From: Tetramitus jugosus
Taxonomy: Eukaryota; Protista; Heterolobosea
Direction: 5' to 3'
Length of the DNA stretch: 64,000 nucleotides
Assembly (NCBI GenBank): GCA_937625935.1
Contig: OW569381.1
Span: 186,001-250,000, forward strand
Position numbers and translations under genes: made by a program. The notes under the pieces are model-generated. The model made no database searches. It saw only the letters and a list, made by a program, of their open reading frames with translations, and was not told where the DNA came from. Below, one piece after another: positions 10,607-22,779 of this stretch (its first letter is position 1; every line of letters starts with the position of its first letter).

Positions 10607-11182
10607 ATGAGACCAGAGCAAACCATTGAAGAACCAATTGATTTTTGGAAGTGGGTCGAAGAACACAAGCAACAACTTCAACCACCAGTCGGTAATGCCA
10701 TCATGTGTGGTGCCAAGGGCGAATTCAAGGTCATGGTGATCGCAGGACCCAACAAGCGCAAGGACTTTCATATTGAGTGTCACGAGGAGTACTTTCACCA
10801 GATTAAGGGTGACATGGTTCTGAGAATTGTTGATCCAACAGCAACAGCAACAACAACAACAACTGGCACACAAGTGAATGCAAAGCCAGTGTTTCGTGAT
10901 ATTTTGATCCGTGAGGGTGAACACTTTGTTTTGCCTGCAAACATTCCTCATTCACCACAGAGAGCAGCAGATACGTTGGGATTGGTGTTAGAGGTGGAGA
11001 GAAAGGCAGATGAGTCACCTGATGGATTACGGTGGTATTGTGACAATTGTTCATCGATTGTCTATGAAGAATGGTTCCATTGTGTCGATTTGGGTACTCA
11101 GCTAAAGCCTGTCATTGAACGATACTTTGGATCTGATGAGCTACGAACTTGCAAGAACTGTAACCACGTGAATCAAGTGTAA
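10607..11182 (+). CDS. HAAO: 3-hydroxyanthranilate 3,4-dioxygenase
   Basis: Motifs LQPPVGN, GPNKRKDFH, EEYFHQIKGDM, PHSPQR, WYCDNC and CKNC (rubredoxin-like Cys pairs). First ATG at 10607. Confidence 0.95.
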   Translation: MRPEQTIEEPIDFWKWVEEHKQQLQPPVGNAIMCGAKGEFKVMVIAGPNKRKDFHIECHEEYFHQIKGDMVLRIVDPTATATTTTTGTQVNAKPVFRDILIREGEHFVLPANIPHSPQRAADTLGLVLEVERKADESPDGLRWYCDNCSSIVYEEWFHCVDLGTQLKPVIERYFGSDELRTCKNCNHVNQV

Positions 11183-11374
11183 GATCGATCACACCTTCTG
11201 CATGCAAATAAAGAAAAATTTGAGGTATTAGCGAAACTTCCTTCACAATATCATACTCCGTCACTTCGGGAAATCGGTCCGGGAGTTAGGGGATAATATT
11301 TTCGCGCTCTCTTCCCATTTTTTTGAATCGATAGAAGAAAACAACTCGAAATCATCACCAATGACTCATCATTC

Positions 11375-12303
11375 ATGATCGCTGTATGTGTCCAACAAAT
11401 GCATTATGATTGTTCGTCATCATTCTAACCAATCGTTTGTGATCACAGTTATCAACTTTGGCCTCACTTTTCAGTCTGCTCACTTACAAACTGCTTCAGC
11501 AAATTGTTTCGCGCCATTTTTCTGGCCGAAGAAGAGCGCTTACAATGGGCGCAATCGAAGCAAATGCGGCAGCTACCGGAGAGCTAGCAGCGGAACCATC
11601 ATCCTTGTCCATGGTAAGGATCAATGCACCTGCTCTCACAGCACAACAGTCATTTGAGAATGACACACCAGAGATTCGTCAATCCAAGCAACGCTTCACT
11701 GTTCGTCAAAGACAACAGAGAGCTCTAGAGGATTTCTTCCGTGATACAGGTGGAAAGGTCACTGATTTGAGAGTGGTGAGAAGTGCCATGTTCTTGAGTG
11801 ATGAGATTGATAGAGCTGTGCGAGGACTTGATCAAGAGAATCAATATGTCGGTTGGAGACCTTACAATCGCTTCTATGCCCAGGGAACAGAAGAGTTGTT
11901 TACCAATATACCTACGGGCAGATCTCCTCTTGTGATGGCAGCTCCCAAGGCAACAGAAGATACAAAGGGTGGTCGTGGTGGTGTTGTGCACATGTCAGAG
12001 ATGAAGAAAATGGATGATATTGCTCCAGTGTTACCCATTCAGTATCAAGCCGTTCGTCAGTCTCACTTGAAACAAGTCGGCAGAGCAGTGAATGAGATTG
12101 AAAACTATGAGCGACAGAGATTGCATTCACCTTCCTCGCGTAAGACAGGAGCGAGTCATCAAACCAATAGCCGACAGTTTGAGACTCTTCAACGCAAGGG
12201 GATTGTCAAAGTGCTCAACGACGAACAAACCCTTCAACAACAAAGGAAATCCAGCTCTGATTTACGGGCAGGGGTATATCAGGCATATGAAGAAGATGTA
12301 TAA
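11375..12303 (+). CDS. Hypothetical protein, 2 exons (11375-11383, 11449-12303), possibly organelle-targeted
   Basis: ATG ATC GCT|GTATGT...CTAAC...CACAG|TTA joins in frame to the 281-aa ORF. Basic, Ser/Leu-rich N-terminus. Confidence 0.65.
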
Positions 12304-12781
12304 ATGCAGCATTGATTCGTTACATGACATTTGTGGCGAATGTGCGCTGCGGCTCTTCACCCATTTTCAAAGCGATTCTCCACCTTTTGGAAGGAGGGAT
12401 GTGAACCTGATTGATTGACCATCGCATTTGTTGTGCGATTTCCCATTCTCTTCGTCACTCGCTCTGACGGCCAAAGCGCAGCATCGCCAGAGTAGAGCAA
12501 GTTTTGCGACGGGTGCGGAAAATTGGCCAACTCCTGCGTTTTGTGTCTCTTTGGTTGCCAAGTGAGCTATAAGTTCTGGAGGGAATTTTTTTTGGAATTT
12601 CATCTCGAGATAATGATTGCCCTCTTTGGACATATGAAGTCTACGAAGAGGTATACCATTGCAAAACTGCGATCCTGTCGTTCGAAGGGTCCATCACAAC
12701 TCTTCTTTTTAGTTGTAGGTTAGTTAAGGCTCATCCAGAAAACAAATCACTGTATTATCATTCCAATTAGTAGTCTATAAC

Positions 12782-13237
12782 ATGAGTTCCATCAATAAAA
12801 CCCGAGATTCCAACTTTCTGGTGCACACCATTCAAGGACCCATTCAATTTATTCCCCAACAACCCTTCAACAACGTGTCAAATGCCAATCTGGAACGTCC
12901 CTGCAGTAGGCAGAAGGTTTCGAACAAACACGCTGATAGAAGTATCAGTAGGAAGACAGCAAAATGGTTCGTGTATGAACCTACAAAGACAAGGAGTCCT
13001 GCCGTGCAATCGAGTCAAGCTGCTGCGGCGTTGTGCAGTAAGATGACATTTGCTGTACAAAACCATCCCATCACGCCTACTCTAACAGTGTTTCCTCAAA
13101 TTGCAGTCAAGAGTGATTGTTGTGACAAGAGTGCAGCAATAAGGAAAGAAACAAAGACGAGTGCACACCAGGCAGAATTACTCAGAAAGAAGCGTGTCTG
13201 CAGGAGAATATCGATAGCCAATCTCTGTAGCTCGTAA
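12782..13237 (+). CDS. Small hypothetical protein with C-terminal RRISIANL motif
   Basis: 151-aa ATG ORF in an isolated position. The terminal motif resembles short eh1-like co-repressor-binding motifs. Confidence 0.55.
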   Translation: MSSINKTRDSNFLVHTIQGPIQFIPQQPFNNVSNANLERPCSRQKVSNKHADRSISRKTAKWFVYEPTKTRSPAVQSSQAAAALCSKMTFAVQNHPITPTLTVFPQIAVKSDCCDKSAAIRKETKTSAHQAELLRKKRVCRRISIANLCSS

Positions 13238-13930
13238 GCGTCTGGGCAGCAAGACGAAATCTAGTCCAATAGATTCATTGTATTACTTTATAGGCATAGG
13301 AAAAACTAGCACCACCTACGTGTTACCACTTCCTGTTCTCAAACTTTCATTTCCTTTCAAGAATAAAACCCCGAATTTTGTCAAACCCATTGGTGGCACA
13401 GTTCGTGTCATGTGTTTTCCAGTATTGTTAGTTGAAAGTAAAACGTGTTTTGTAATGTATCAGTCCGAGGTTTCTGAGGCCTCATTGCGTATGCATCAAA
13501 TGACTTAGATCAGTGCCCAGTGCTAAAACATCATGTAAAATTACAAGATTAGTATACTAACAAGATTGCAACTTCATTCAGCTGTACCTATCGCTCAGAA
13601 AGCAACCACCGCAAGACGAATGTGGTACATAATTATTTTTTTGCGCACAAATCCGGCCCAACTATGAAAGAACCGATAGGAATCCGGTAGTTCGATAGGT
13701 TCCATGTTTCTCATCACAGACAGAGAATCAGCAATTATGCAGGTGTCGATAAAATCTTGCGACAGAATTATTGACCATTCAAGCATACTTTTGTTACGTT
13801 GTTCCCTCAATATCTCGAACACGTTGAAAATCTCACTTCCCGAAATTTCTGGAACTTTTAGCTCCTCCATCAAATCTCGACATTTTGTGTGAGCGAAAAA
13901 ACAAAACACAACATTTGACGATCGATCATC

Positions 13931-16900
13931 ATGACCAGTCAACTCACTGATCAAGAAACTTCTCTCGTGCATTGCGTGTTGGCCCAAGTCGAACCATCAC
14001 CCACCTACCTTCTCTCTCAACAACAATCCACCGCTACTACTCAATCCATTTCATCCAATCAATCATTTATTCAAGCTATTGAACAATTATGTCTCCATAT
14101 CAAACAACTACTATCATCTTCATTGACGTCAACTACTACTACTACTACTACTAACAAGGAACATTCGATACAATTGTATCAGTTTTTGTCTCATCAGCTA
14201 CAGATGGTTGTAGTAGATGTTTCAGGTCACAATGACACTGCTTCTTCTTTTGATGGTCATCATCATCATCATCATCATCACACAGGTGAAGATTATATGA
14301 AAAAGTGTAATGTTGAGCTTATTGAGGTCATTTTAAAGATTGGTCAAGTTTTGTTGAGGTTGCCTCATGAGTTGTGGTCAGTTGTGTTTCATGCGGCATT
14401 GTCTTCTGATCTGAAGGTTGCAACTAGTGGAGGAATTTATCACGTTTGGTTGTTGAATGAAATTGGAGCACAGTTGAACATTATTTTTGATATGATTGAG
14501 AGTAGTAATCAAGAAAATGATGCAGTTGTGAGCAGTGTAGTGTTGGATCATGGGTCAAAATTGATGAAAGTGCTGGGAAATTTAGTGTTATTGTTCTCCG
14601 GGTGCAAAATCAAGGTGAATCATCTAGTTCAGCTCTATCCACTGCACAATGAGTTGTTCAAGATGTGTACAAGAGTGTTTGGAATGAAGAATGTTGGCAT
14701 GTTGGAGAAGAGAGATGATGATTGGTTACATTCGATTAAGGTTCAGTGTAATCGGTGGATGAATCGTTGGTTCGATTATTTATCTTCTCATGTTCATCTG
14801 TCTGTGACAGCAAACACGACAGCATTGACTGCTGGCTCTGGTGATATGGATGCACCAGATCATGCTCAAGGAGATTATCTGGTGTTTGTGTGTAAATCAA
14901 TTGTCGACATGTTGCCTGTGGCGAGTGCCGATTGTGTAAATAGTGCTTGGAAAGCGTTGCTCGTGCTCACTTGCGAACACCCGTCTCATATTGCTCTTAT
15001 TAAGAAAAAGTTGGCTGTTGGCAATAGCTCCATGATGGACATACCCAAAATGTTAGGCGATTGGACGATAGGTGTAATCCAGGAGAATTTGAGGGGGTGT
15101 TATGAAATGTTGAGCAATGGACAATCGTCTCAAAACAGTTCCTCTCAGACAGGAAATACATTTGAGGCAAACTTGAAATTGGCTAGGTTTTATTTGCAAA
15201 ATTTTACATCTCTTTTGAGCCATTACTCGGAGCATTTGTTGCTCAAGAGTCCCAAACAATTGGCTGAGATGTTTATTTTGAGTTACAAGTATGCTTTGTT
15301 AGTGCCTCCTTCGTATTGCGATCGACGGTCCAAAGATTATCAAAAGATCAAATTGACGTTACAGTCAGGCATGGAGCAAGTAAATGTTGCTCTCACAAAG
15401 ATGCTGTCAATGGTGCTGTCTAATACGCCTAAACGAACCTGCTGCAACTTTATCCACGACTATATTTTGGTAGAGTTGAAGGATGTGTATGATATTACCG
15501 CACAAGTGTTCATAATTGCTGTGATCATTGCGAAATATAACGATATGGACGATGTTTTGGAGATTAAGATGTTTACCACACTTTTCGAAAAATTGGCAAG
15601 AAGCCATCCTGGTTTGCTACAACACACAGAATGCGAAACAACAACACTGTCCCCTTATCAAAAGATTGACAACTATCTGTCTATGTTCTACAGCGTCTGT
15701 GCAACAAAAAAGAAGCAAAACAATGTAAAGATACAAAATTTGCTGTGGGGCTACGCACTGGATCTATCGAAGACAAATCTGACAAGAAGACTTGCCTTGG
15801 ATTCGTTGACTTTTCTCTTTTGCAATAGTATTAATGCAAACAAGTACCAATCATGGACTCAAATTTGTGATTATATGATTGAAACTCAGGCAAGCAATTT
15901 GTTTATGAATGGCGATGGCTACATTGATGAATATGATTGGTTAGTTTGGATGGAATGTCTGAGTCCTTTGTTAGAGAGATTTGGATTGGCTGTGTTGGAT
16001 GAGCATCAGTTTATTAGTTTTGATTCAATATCTGCAATAACGAGCGAATGGATCTCCAAGTGTGCCATTATACCGAGAGTTGTCATCCAAGAGTACTTGG
16101 TGAGGCATGCCGACAAAATTGATCCAGTCTATTCATTATGTGGAGATATGTTGAAAGTTGAATTGTCAAGGTCCTCATACGAGGAGGTAACCGGTTCTCT
16201 ATTCTCCATATTTACTGTTCTATCTCACATGATATCTTGTGAACGCGTTCAGATGAAATCGGCGACAGAAAACACGGCGAATGAGATTTGTGAACAACTA
16301 TTATCCTCCAAGTGTTTAAAGACAATGTTCAGAAGTGCTGATTATCGGGTTATTGTCGGTGCGATCGATTTTCTATCTAGTTGTGTCGAGCGATTCTCTG
16401 CATCTACATGGATGAAACAATACATACCCCAAGTTTTGAAGTGGTTTATTGCCGTATGGGACATGAACAACCCCACTCATAGGGTATCCATCATCGGATA
16501 TATTGCTAGGATGAGTTTCGCAGACTTGGATATCACATCAAACCTTCAGACTAACTTGCACACGATTATTCAAAAGATGTTGACTGCACCGACAGACACC
16601 GCAACTAAGATGGAGTGGATACAATTCCTGTACGCTGTAGATTCCGTTAAAGCCATTATTCAAGCATCACCCACATTGAACGCAGAGAAGCTTTCGAGCA
16701 TGATTCCCGGAGATGTAACCGAATACTTTGACTACTCTGCCAAAAGAGCTCCAGACTCATCCATATTTGTTCCAGGCAACTACTTTGAGGATCACATGCC
16801 TTCAAGAAGAGAGGATGTCGTTGGACAGAAACGAAAACGTGAGTTTAGTGACTTCTCTGCAAGACAAGCTGAGCGACGAAAGAAGGCTGCCAGTGCACCA

Positions 16901-17092
16901 CCACCGCCACAGCCATCCTTGGATACAAACAATCTGTTGGCAATCATTGACAACGCAAGGAATGCGCTTCAGATCTGTGTCACCCAACCCAATGCCATCC
17001 CAGAAAACAAGGGCAAGATCGTGTCCGAGCAAGCACAACAACTATCCAGTATCATCAACCAGATGGTCACTCTTCTGAACAGTCGTAAATAA
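13931..17092 (+). CDS. Large alpha-helical protein, possibly FIRRM/C1orf112 (FLIP)-like
   Basis: 1053-aa ORF with HEAT-like helical composition, an NLS-like KRKR near the C-terminus, and segments VNSAWKALL and LKLARFYLQNF reminiscent of that family. The ORF is confident; the family call is tentative. Confidence 0.6.
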   Translation: MTSQLTDQETSLVHCVLAQVEPSPTYLLSQQQSTATTQSISSNQSFIQAIEQLCLHIKQLLSSSLTSTTTTTTTNKEHSIQLYQFLSHQLQMVVVDVSGHNDTASSFDGHHHHHHHHTGEDYMKKCNVELIEVILKIGQVLLRLPHELWSVVFHAALSSDLKVATSGGIYHVWLLNEIGAQLNIIFDMIESSNQENDAVVSSVVLDHGSKLMKVLGNLVLLFSGCKIKVNHLVQLYPLHNELFKMCTRVFGMKNVGMLEKRDDDWLHSIKVQCNRWMNRWFDYLSSHVHLSVTANTTALTAGSGDMDAPDHAQGDYLVFVCKSIVDMLPVASADCVNSAWKALLVLTCEHPSHIALIKKKLAVGNSSMMDIPKMLGDWTIGVIQENLRGCYEMLSNGQSSQNSSSQTGNTFEANLKLARFYLQNFTSLLSHYSEHLLLKSPKQLAEMFILSYKYALLVPPSYCDRRSKDYQKIKLTLQSGMEQVNVALTKMLSMVLSNTPKRTCCNFIHDYILVELKDVYDITAQVFIIAVIIAKYNDMDDVLEIKMFTTLFEKLARSHPGLLQHTECETTTLSPYQKIDNYLSMFYSVCATKKKQNNVKIQNLLWGYALDLSKTNLTRRLALDSLTFLFCNSINANKYQSWTQICDYMIETQASNLFMNGDGYIDEYDWLVWMECLSPLLERFGLAVLDEHQFISFDSISAITSEWISKCAIIPRVVIQEYLVRHADKIDPVYSLCGDMLKVELSRSSYEEVTGSLFSIFTVLSHMISCERVQMKSATENTANEICEQLLSSKCLKTMFRSADYRVIVGAIDFLSSCVERFSASTWMKQYIPQVLKWFIAVWDMNNPTHRVSIIGYIARMSFADLDITSNLQTNLHTIIQKMLTAPTDTATKMEWIQFLYAVDSVKAIIQASPTLNAEKLSSMIPGDVTEYFDYSAKRAPDSSIFVPGNYFEDHMPSRREDVVGQKRKREFSDFSARQAERRKKAASAPPPPQPSLDTNNLLAIIDNARNALQICVTQPNAIPENKGKIVSEQAQQLSSIINQMVTLLNSRK

Positions 17093-17265
17093 ACTCCTTC
17101 TCAAGCGCGAGCCGTTGTTCATTTCCAACGGCGGTGAATTCCAGGTCCTTCTTCTGGAAGCAAGAAAAAATATCGTGCGCGGGGCAACAATTAAAAAAAC
17201 CCTTGTTGAACAAAATCAAACAACAATAACAATCACCACAACAACCAACAACAAGAATAACAAAC

Positions 17266-18327
17266 ATGGGTGACGCACAAAGAGCAGCAGAGCTTGTAAC
17301 TAAAGCTGAACAGACCCTCAAGAAGTGGGTGTATTTTGGTGGTGATAAAACTGAGGACGCACTAGAAATGTATGAAAAAGCGGCCAATCTGTACAAAATG
17401 AGCAAAAACTGTAAGTATCACTTGTGATTGTCAGTGTTCCATTGTGTTTGTTTGTTGCAACAAAAAACTCACGAAAAACAAAAATTTTTTCGCGCCAATT
17501 GTATTTGCCGAAACGATTTACAATGAATCACAAATCACATGTATCATGATACACAAAAAAAACTAAAAACAATACAAAATGATCAATCAATCACAGGGGA
17601 CGAAGCAGGACAAACATTCCTCAAGACTGTTCCATGCCACATCAAACTGGGTAGCAAGTATGAAGCAGCCACAGCGTACACCAATGCAGCCAACTGCTTC
17701 AAAAAGGGCAACAAAACTGAAGCAATCCAATCCATGCAGAGTGCCATTGGTATCTACACTGAAATGGGAAGATTTGCCACGGCGGCCAAAATTGAAAAAG
17801 AGTTGGCAGAAATGTTGGAAGAGCAAGAGGACTTGGAAGGTGCAATCCAACACATGCAACAAGCAGCAGACTACTTTGATGGAGAGAATCAAAAGAGTTC
17901 GGCCAATCAATGCATTGCCAAGGTGGCTCACTTGTGTGCCTCTGTAGAAAAGTATGATGAAGCGATTGAGAGCTTTGAGAAGGCTGCCAGAGGATGTGTG
18001 GACGATCGATTGTTGAAATGGGGTGCCAAGGAATTCTTTTTCAAGGCATCATTGTGTCGATTGGCAAGGATGAGAGACATTGAAGATGATGTGTCATTTG
18101 TCAAGGAGAAGATTGAAGAGTACAGGGATGAGGATGTGCACTTTGGAGGATCCTATGAATCAAAGTGCTTGGACGGAATTGCGACAGCAATGGAACAAAA
18201 GGATGTTTCTGCGTTCAAGAAGGCTCTTCGAGACTATGACAACATACAAAAGTTGGACAATTGGAAGACTGCGGTCTTTTTGAAGGTTTTGGCACTGTTG
18301 GAGAATCAACAAGAAGATTTGACATAA
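17266..18327 (+). CDS. NAPA: Alpha-soluble NSF attachment protein, 2 exons (17266-17410, 17597-18327)
   Basis: AANLYKMSKNWDEAG, GRFATAAK, AADYFDGE, LLKWGAKEFFFKASLC, YDNIQKLDNWKT and C-terminal EDLT. Phase-1 GTAAGT...CAG intron. Confidence 0.95.
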
Positions 18328-18690
18328 GTTTCCTTTGCCGATAGATAGAAACACATCATATAAATTAATATCTTCATAAAAGGTTTTGTCCCCAATTAGA
18401 TCCAAGGAAGATCAGTTTCTTTGCCCACTGTGCTCCAAACAACATCACAAACAACCTTAAACAAACATTCATAGTGTGCAGAACCCAGAGGACAAAGCTG
18501 CCTCAATCCCCAAACCTTAGGGTTTAAGCAACTTATGTTCTGGCTCCAGCAACTCTTCATCCGAATATTTGAGGGGTTGAAAGACATCAAAAACAAAATC
18601 AAAATACCCAGTTAGTTCCTCCAGGAGCTTATCAAGTTCTTAATGTGTAGATAGAATCTTGGCTCTTTATGCTTTGTTTAATGACAGGGC

Positions 18691-21600
18691 TCAAGGTCTC
18701 ATTGATCTTCTTGTTCGCTTTCTTCTTTTGCTTTTGTGATCCTCATCCTCATTGTTATCCTCCTCGTTTGATTCTTCCACGATTTCTCTCTTCTTTCTCT
18801 TTGTTGATTTCTTACTATCTTTCTTGTTTTTTAGGAACTGTCTTGTGATATCAATCAATGCTTTATCACTCATGAGGTCCATAGGCGTTTGGTCATTAGA
18901 GTCCCTGATGTTAGTGTCAGCTCCAAATTCGAGTAAGTCTTGAAGAATGTCTCGCGAAGAGGAGAGTGAAACTACATGAAGACAAGTTCTACCACTCTTG
19001 TTCTGGATATTGATGAATTGTGCTACTTCCTCCAGTTTTAGATCGTCAAAGGAAGGTCGGTTGCCTTTTGTTCGTTTTGTTCGTCTGGGTTCATTTTGGC
19101 TGTTCCGGAATCGGCTAACGATGGAGAACAAGATAGAGGACCATTCATTTCCTACACATTTGTTTTGAGGATACTTGGCCAATAGATGTAAGAGAGTGTT
19201 TCCTGTCTTGGGATCAACAGCTTTCACTGAATGATCCAACAAGGTATCCTTTTCATGATGACGAACAAGCCAATCAAACATGTGGCTGCCTACTTCATTC
19301 ACTAGAAGTTGCAGTGTAGTAAGAGAGCCAAACGCGAGTTCATCATTTTCGTTTTCTGCAGATGGGATTTGGGTCATCAGTTCGAGCCATGACGGATCTG
19401 CTTCTTTTTCTTCGGTTGCAATCATTAGAGTTACAAACCTTTTCTCATAGTCTAAATTCAAATTATGATGAGACAAACATCTTCGGATAATGCGATGTAA
19501 TTGATGCTTAGTCGGGACGATATTGTGCTTTACAGCAGCAATCAATGCTAAATCATGGTACTTTTTCGCAAACGCAATATCAACTGGATTATCGAATTGA
19601 TCGGCAAAAGGACTGGTGTAAGGCCAGATAATTGAGAATGCATCCACCATATTAGCTTCACATGCAAGTATCGCAGCATTTCTTGGTTTTCTTCCATCCA
19701 CTACATCATTGTCCAGTGACTGGCTAATCAATTTAGATACTTCTGCCTTTGTTTTACACTTTCTCCTCCAATGCTTGATAATACACTGACATAGAGAGGC
19801 GTCTCTTTGGGCCGCAATGTGTAAGAGATTGGGTTTAGAATCCTGTGATTCGTCTCTAATAAAGACATTATGAGTACGATCCATCAATTTGTCAAACATT
19901 GGTACATCTATCGCAACTTCCAGAGCAAGGTACATCACTGGCAGGGGCACGACTTCATCGGGATTTTTGCTTGCAAACACTGGCTTATTCGCAATATCCC
20001 TCATTTTGATCGATAAATCATCCATTAGTTGAACACCATTTGATGCTTCGAGCAATATTTGAAGTGGACTTAAGCCAGATATATCTTCGAGGTGGTTTTC
20101 GGTTGATTTCTCAGATTTTTCATAAAGCATTTCTGGATAATGCTCAAGACAGAGAAGGGCACAGTGTTTGACAACCGGATAACTACTACAAGTGAATGAC
20201 TTCCGACTTTTGTTCATCTCTGATATTGCATCTGTTAAGTTTGATAGAAATTTGAACAAATAGTGCAAGGCATTGAAACCATGTTTCATCCTTGGACTTA
20301 AGAGCTCCGATAGAGGTTTTGAGGAAATAGATGGATTTAACATCAGATAGTTAATCAGTTGGTAATTGCAGTTGCGAATTGCTGATGTCACAATGGTGTC
20401 TCCCTCGTTGCTGAGAACGTCCACTTTGGCACCAGCTTTGATCAGTGTAACACTAATTTCATCAATAAAATTTTCAGGAGCTGAATGTTTGAGGAAACGC
20501 CTCGCAAAATGACGCGGGAGTACCTTTGAATTCTTTTGGTTGGCAAAGAACAAGGGGGTTTCTCCCTTTTCATTCAATGAGTTCGGGTCAAAGCCATTGT
20601 CCAGGAGCCATTGAATTGTTTTGGTTTGGGAATTCGCCATAGCTGCATGGAGCAGACTCCCAAATGATGTGGGATAGTTTTTCAGTGATTGATTCTGAGA
20701 AAAACAAGATAGCTTGGCAACTCTTTCAAGAGACTTGGTGGAGATCATCAGCTGAAGTGGGGTTTCGTTGTTCTTGTTCTTTGCATACAGGAGATTCTCG
20801 GGACAATTTGAGATGAGGTATTCCACAATATCTATTTGATGAGCAAGGCAGGCTGAATGAAGTACATTGTTACCAGATTTGTCCAAGACCGTGAGGGAAG
20901 CTCCCTTTTCCACCAGATATTGAATATCTTCCAATTCATTGTCGAAATCACTACTTGTTAGGCATAGTTGAATGAGTGGGAGCTCCTTTTGATCACCTTT
21001 AATTTTTCCATGTGAGTCCCCAAGAGAGATTAAATCGGGTCTCAAAGATAATAGGTATTGAATTAACTTGAATCGAACTGGGGAGCTCTCCTGATCAAGA
21101 AGTGCTCCTACCAGAAAATTTCGAACTCCATTGACTACCAACTCAGGCTTGAACCTTTCAATGATTATTTTAATCATCGATAGATTAGCGTTAGTGGAAC
21201 ATTCTGAAATTAATACACCCAGGAGGGTGTATGTCTTGAGGTAGGACCAATCGAACGGCTTATTAATATCAAAAACTAACTCTGGATACTTCATTCGGTT
21301 GATGTCTGTTAACAACTCCAAGACCTTGGAGACCACATTGGTATTCCTGCAAACAAACTTTGAGTCCAAGGTCAAGTAATGAGCAAGCTGAAACAGTTTT
21401 TTCTGCCCGGATAGGGCAAGTAACGGTTTGAACAAGGCATATTCACGAACAGCAATATCCACTATAGTTTCAATCGTTTCTTCTCTTAAATTGTTATTTC
21501 TTCTGTTCATGTGTAACAACACAATTCCTTCTTTCTTTGACAAGTAGTTCAGATATTGAACATACGAAACAACTGGAAGGTGAAGGTCACTCTCTCGATG

Positions 21601-22506
21601 CTCCTGTGTCTCCGGTTCAACGACTGACACCTCAAAATGTGGAAATACATCTTTTAGATGGGTAAATGTACTAATGTTCAAGTGTACGTAGGAGGAATCG
21701 AGAAGCGAGTAGTTCAATGTTAAGTTTTGAATATCAACTTCAATCAACTCAGCCCGAAGGTTTCTTACGAAATCATCATCGGATATCACCATTCCATCTC
21801 TCGCCTTCTTAGAAAAAAGTGAAAACAAAATTAATAGTTCGTCTGAGGGAAGATGCAATCCAATGAAGTTAAGGTTCTTAGTCGAGCGAGGCAATGAACA
21901 AGCAATCGTGTACACGTCTTTCAGGTTAATAAAGTCATTCCTCCAAAAGTGATCACGCGAATGTCTTGTTCCCAAAACATCCAACGTTTCAAGTCGCTTC
22001 AAATTTGGCAACAAAATTTCCACACAAACCAAAAACTCACCTCTATCAGAGAATGAGCACAATCCCAACTTTAAGTGCTTCACATTGCAAAACACATTCG
22101 CCAAGAATGCAAATATTGAGTGCCTCCGGTAAAGTACTTTAGAATCCATTCGATATCCCCTTCCAGTTCCACCAATGGGCTTAAACTGAACAATTTGATT
22201 GTCATCTCTCACGTAGAACTTTGGCCTTCCATCATCCACCAGATTCAAATACGTTACATTGCCATACACTTGTTCTTGGAATTCATAGAGCCATTGGGAG
22301 CACACTGATCTCAACATGAAGTAGAATGGAAAAGCAGGAATGAATGACATGATTGAATGGAAAATGTCTCTTGGAATCGGTTGATCAGCCATGACAAAAA
22401 ATCCCAAAAGTTTGTCTCTTTCTCTCTCTGGATCTCTTTGCCATGTGTTTGAGTCTATAATACCGCCATCTGCTTCTTCCTCTGGTGGGTTTTGTTGCTC
22501 TTGCAT
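18691..22506 (-). CDS. F-box/LRR-like/ankyrin-repeat protein (paralog 1)
   Basis: F-box IPRDIFHSIMSFIP...LRSVCSQW. Ankyrin repeats GNNVLHSAC, GETPLFFA and GRTCLHVV. Basic C-terminus. First ATG at 22506. Confidence 0.9.
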   Translation of the reverse strand: MQEQQNPPEEEADGGIIDSNTWQRDPERERDKLLGFFVMADQPIPRDIFHSIMSFIPAFPFYFMLRSVCSQWLYEFQEQVYGNVTYLNLVDDGRPKFYVRDDNQIVQFKPIGGTGRGYRMDSKVLYRRHSIFAFLANVFCNVKHLKLGLCSFSDRGEFLVCVEILLPNLKRLETLDVLGTRHSRDHFWRNDFINLKDVYTIACSLPRSTKNLNFIGLHLPSDELLILFSLFSKKARDGMVISDDDFVRNLRAELIEVDIQNLTLNYSLLDSSYVHLNISTFTHLKDVFPHFEVSVVEPETQEHRESDLHLPVVSYVQYLNYLSKKEGIVLLHMNRRNNNLREETIETIVDIAVREYALFKPLLALSGQKKLFQLAHYLTLDSKFVCRNTNVVSKVLELLTDINRMKYPELVFDINKPFDWSYLKTYTLLGVLISECSTNANLSMIKIIIERFKPELVVNGVRNFLVGALLDQESSPVRFKLIQYLLSLRPDLISLGDSHGKIKGDQKELPLIQLCLTSSDFDNELEDIQYLVEKGASLTVLDKSGNNVLHSACLAHQIDIVEYLISNCPENLLYAKNKNNETPLQLMISTKSLERVAKLSCFSQNQSLKNYPTSFGSLLHAAMANSQTKTIQWLLDNGFDPNSLNEKGETPLFFANQKNSKVLPRHFARRFLKHSAPENFIDEISVTLIKAGAKVDVLSNEGDTIVTSAIRNCNYQLINYLMLNPSISSKPLSELLSPRMKHGFNALHYLFKFLSNLTDAISEMNKSRKSFTCSSYPVVKHCALLCLEHYPEMLYEKSEKSTENHLEDISGLSPLQILLEASNGVQLMDDLSIKMRDIANKPVFASKNPDEVVPLPVMYLALEVAIDVPMFDKLMDRTHNVFIRDESQDSKPNLLHIAAQRDASLCQCIIKHWRRKCKTKAEVSKLISQSLDNDVVDGRKPRNAAILACEANMVDAFSIIWPYTSPFADQFDNPVDIAFAKKYHDLALIAAVKHNIVPTKHQLHRIIRRCLSHHNLNLDYEKRFVTLMIATEEKEADPSWLELMTQIPSAENENDELAFGSLTTLQLLVNEVGSHMFDWLVRHHEKDTLLDHSVKAVDPKTGNTLLHLLAKYPQNKCVGNEWSSILFSIVSRFRNSQNEPRRTKRTKGNRPSFDDLKLEEVAQFINIQNKSGRTCLHVVSLSSSRDILQDLLEFGADTNIRDSNDQTPMDLMSDKALIDITRQFLKNKKDSKKSTKRKKREIVEESNEEDNNEDEDHKSKRRKRTRRSMRP

Positions 22507-22779
22507 TCTTTTGCTACTTCTCGAAAAAACTGGAACTTCGCGCTTCCAGCGCGTACGAAAAATACAAGTTGCTTTTTGCGCATGGAAAGACCACAACCAG
22601 GTTAACTTTGGTTTAAGAACACATCGACATCACTTTTTCGGCTCAACTCCGCCACTGTTATTGTTGGTTAGAATGTCAAGTTTTTTCACACAAATTAGAA
22701 CGTAACTGTATTTAGAAAGTCGCAAAATTTTTTTCCACTTTTGGTCGGAAGATGCATCTACGATTAAAGAAAGCAATCG

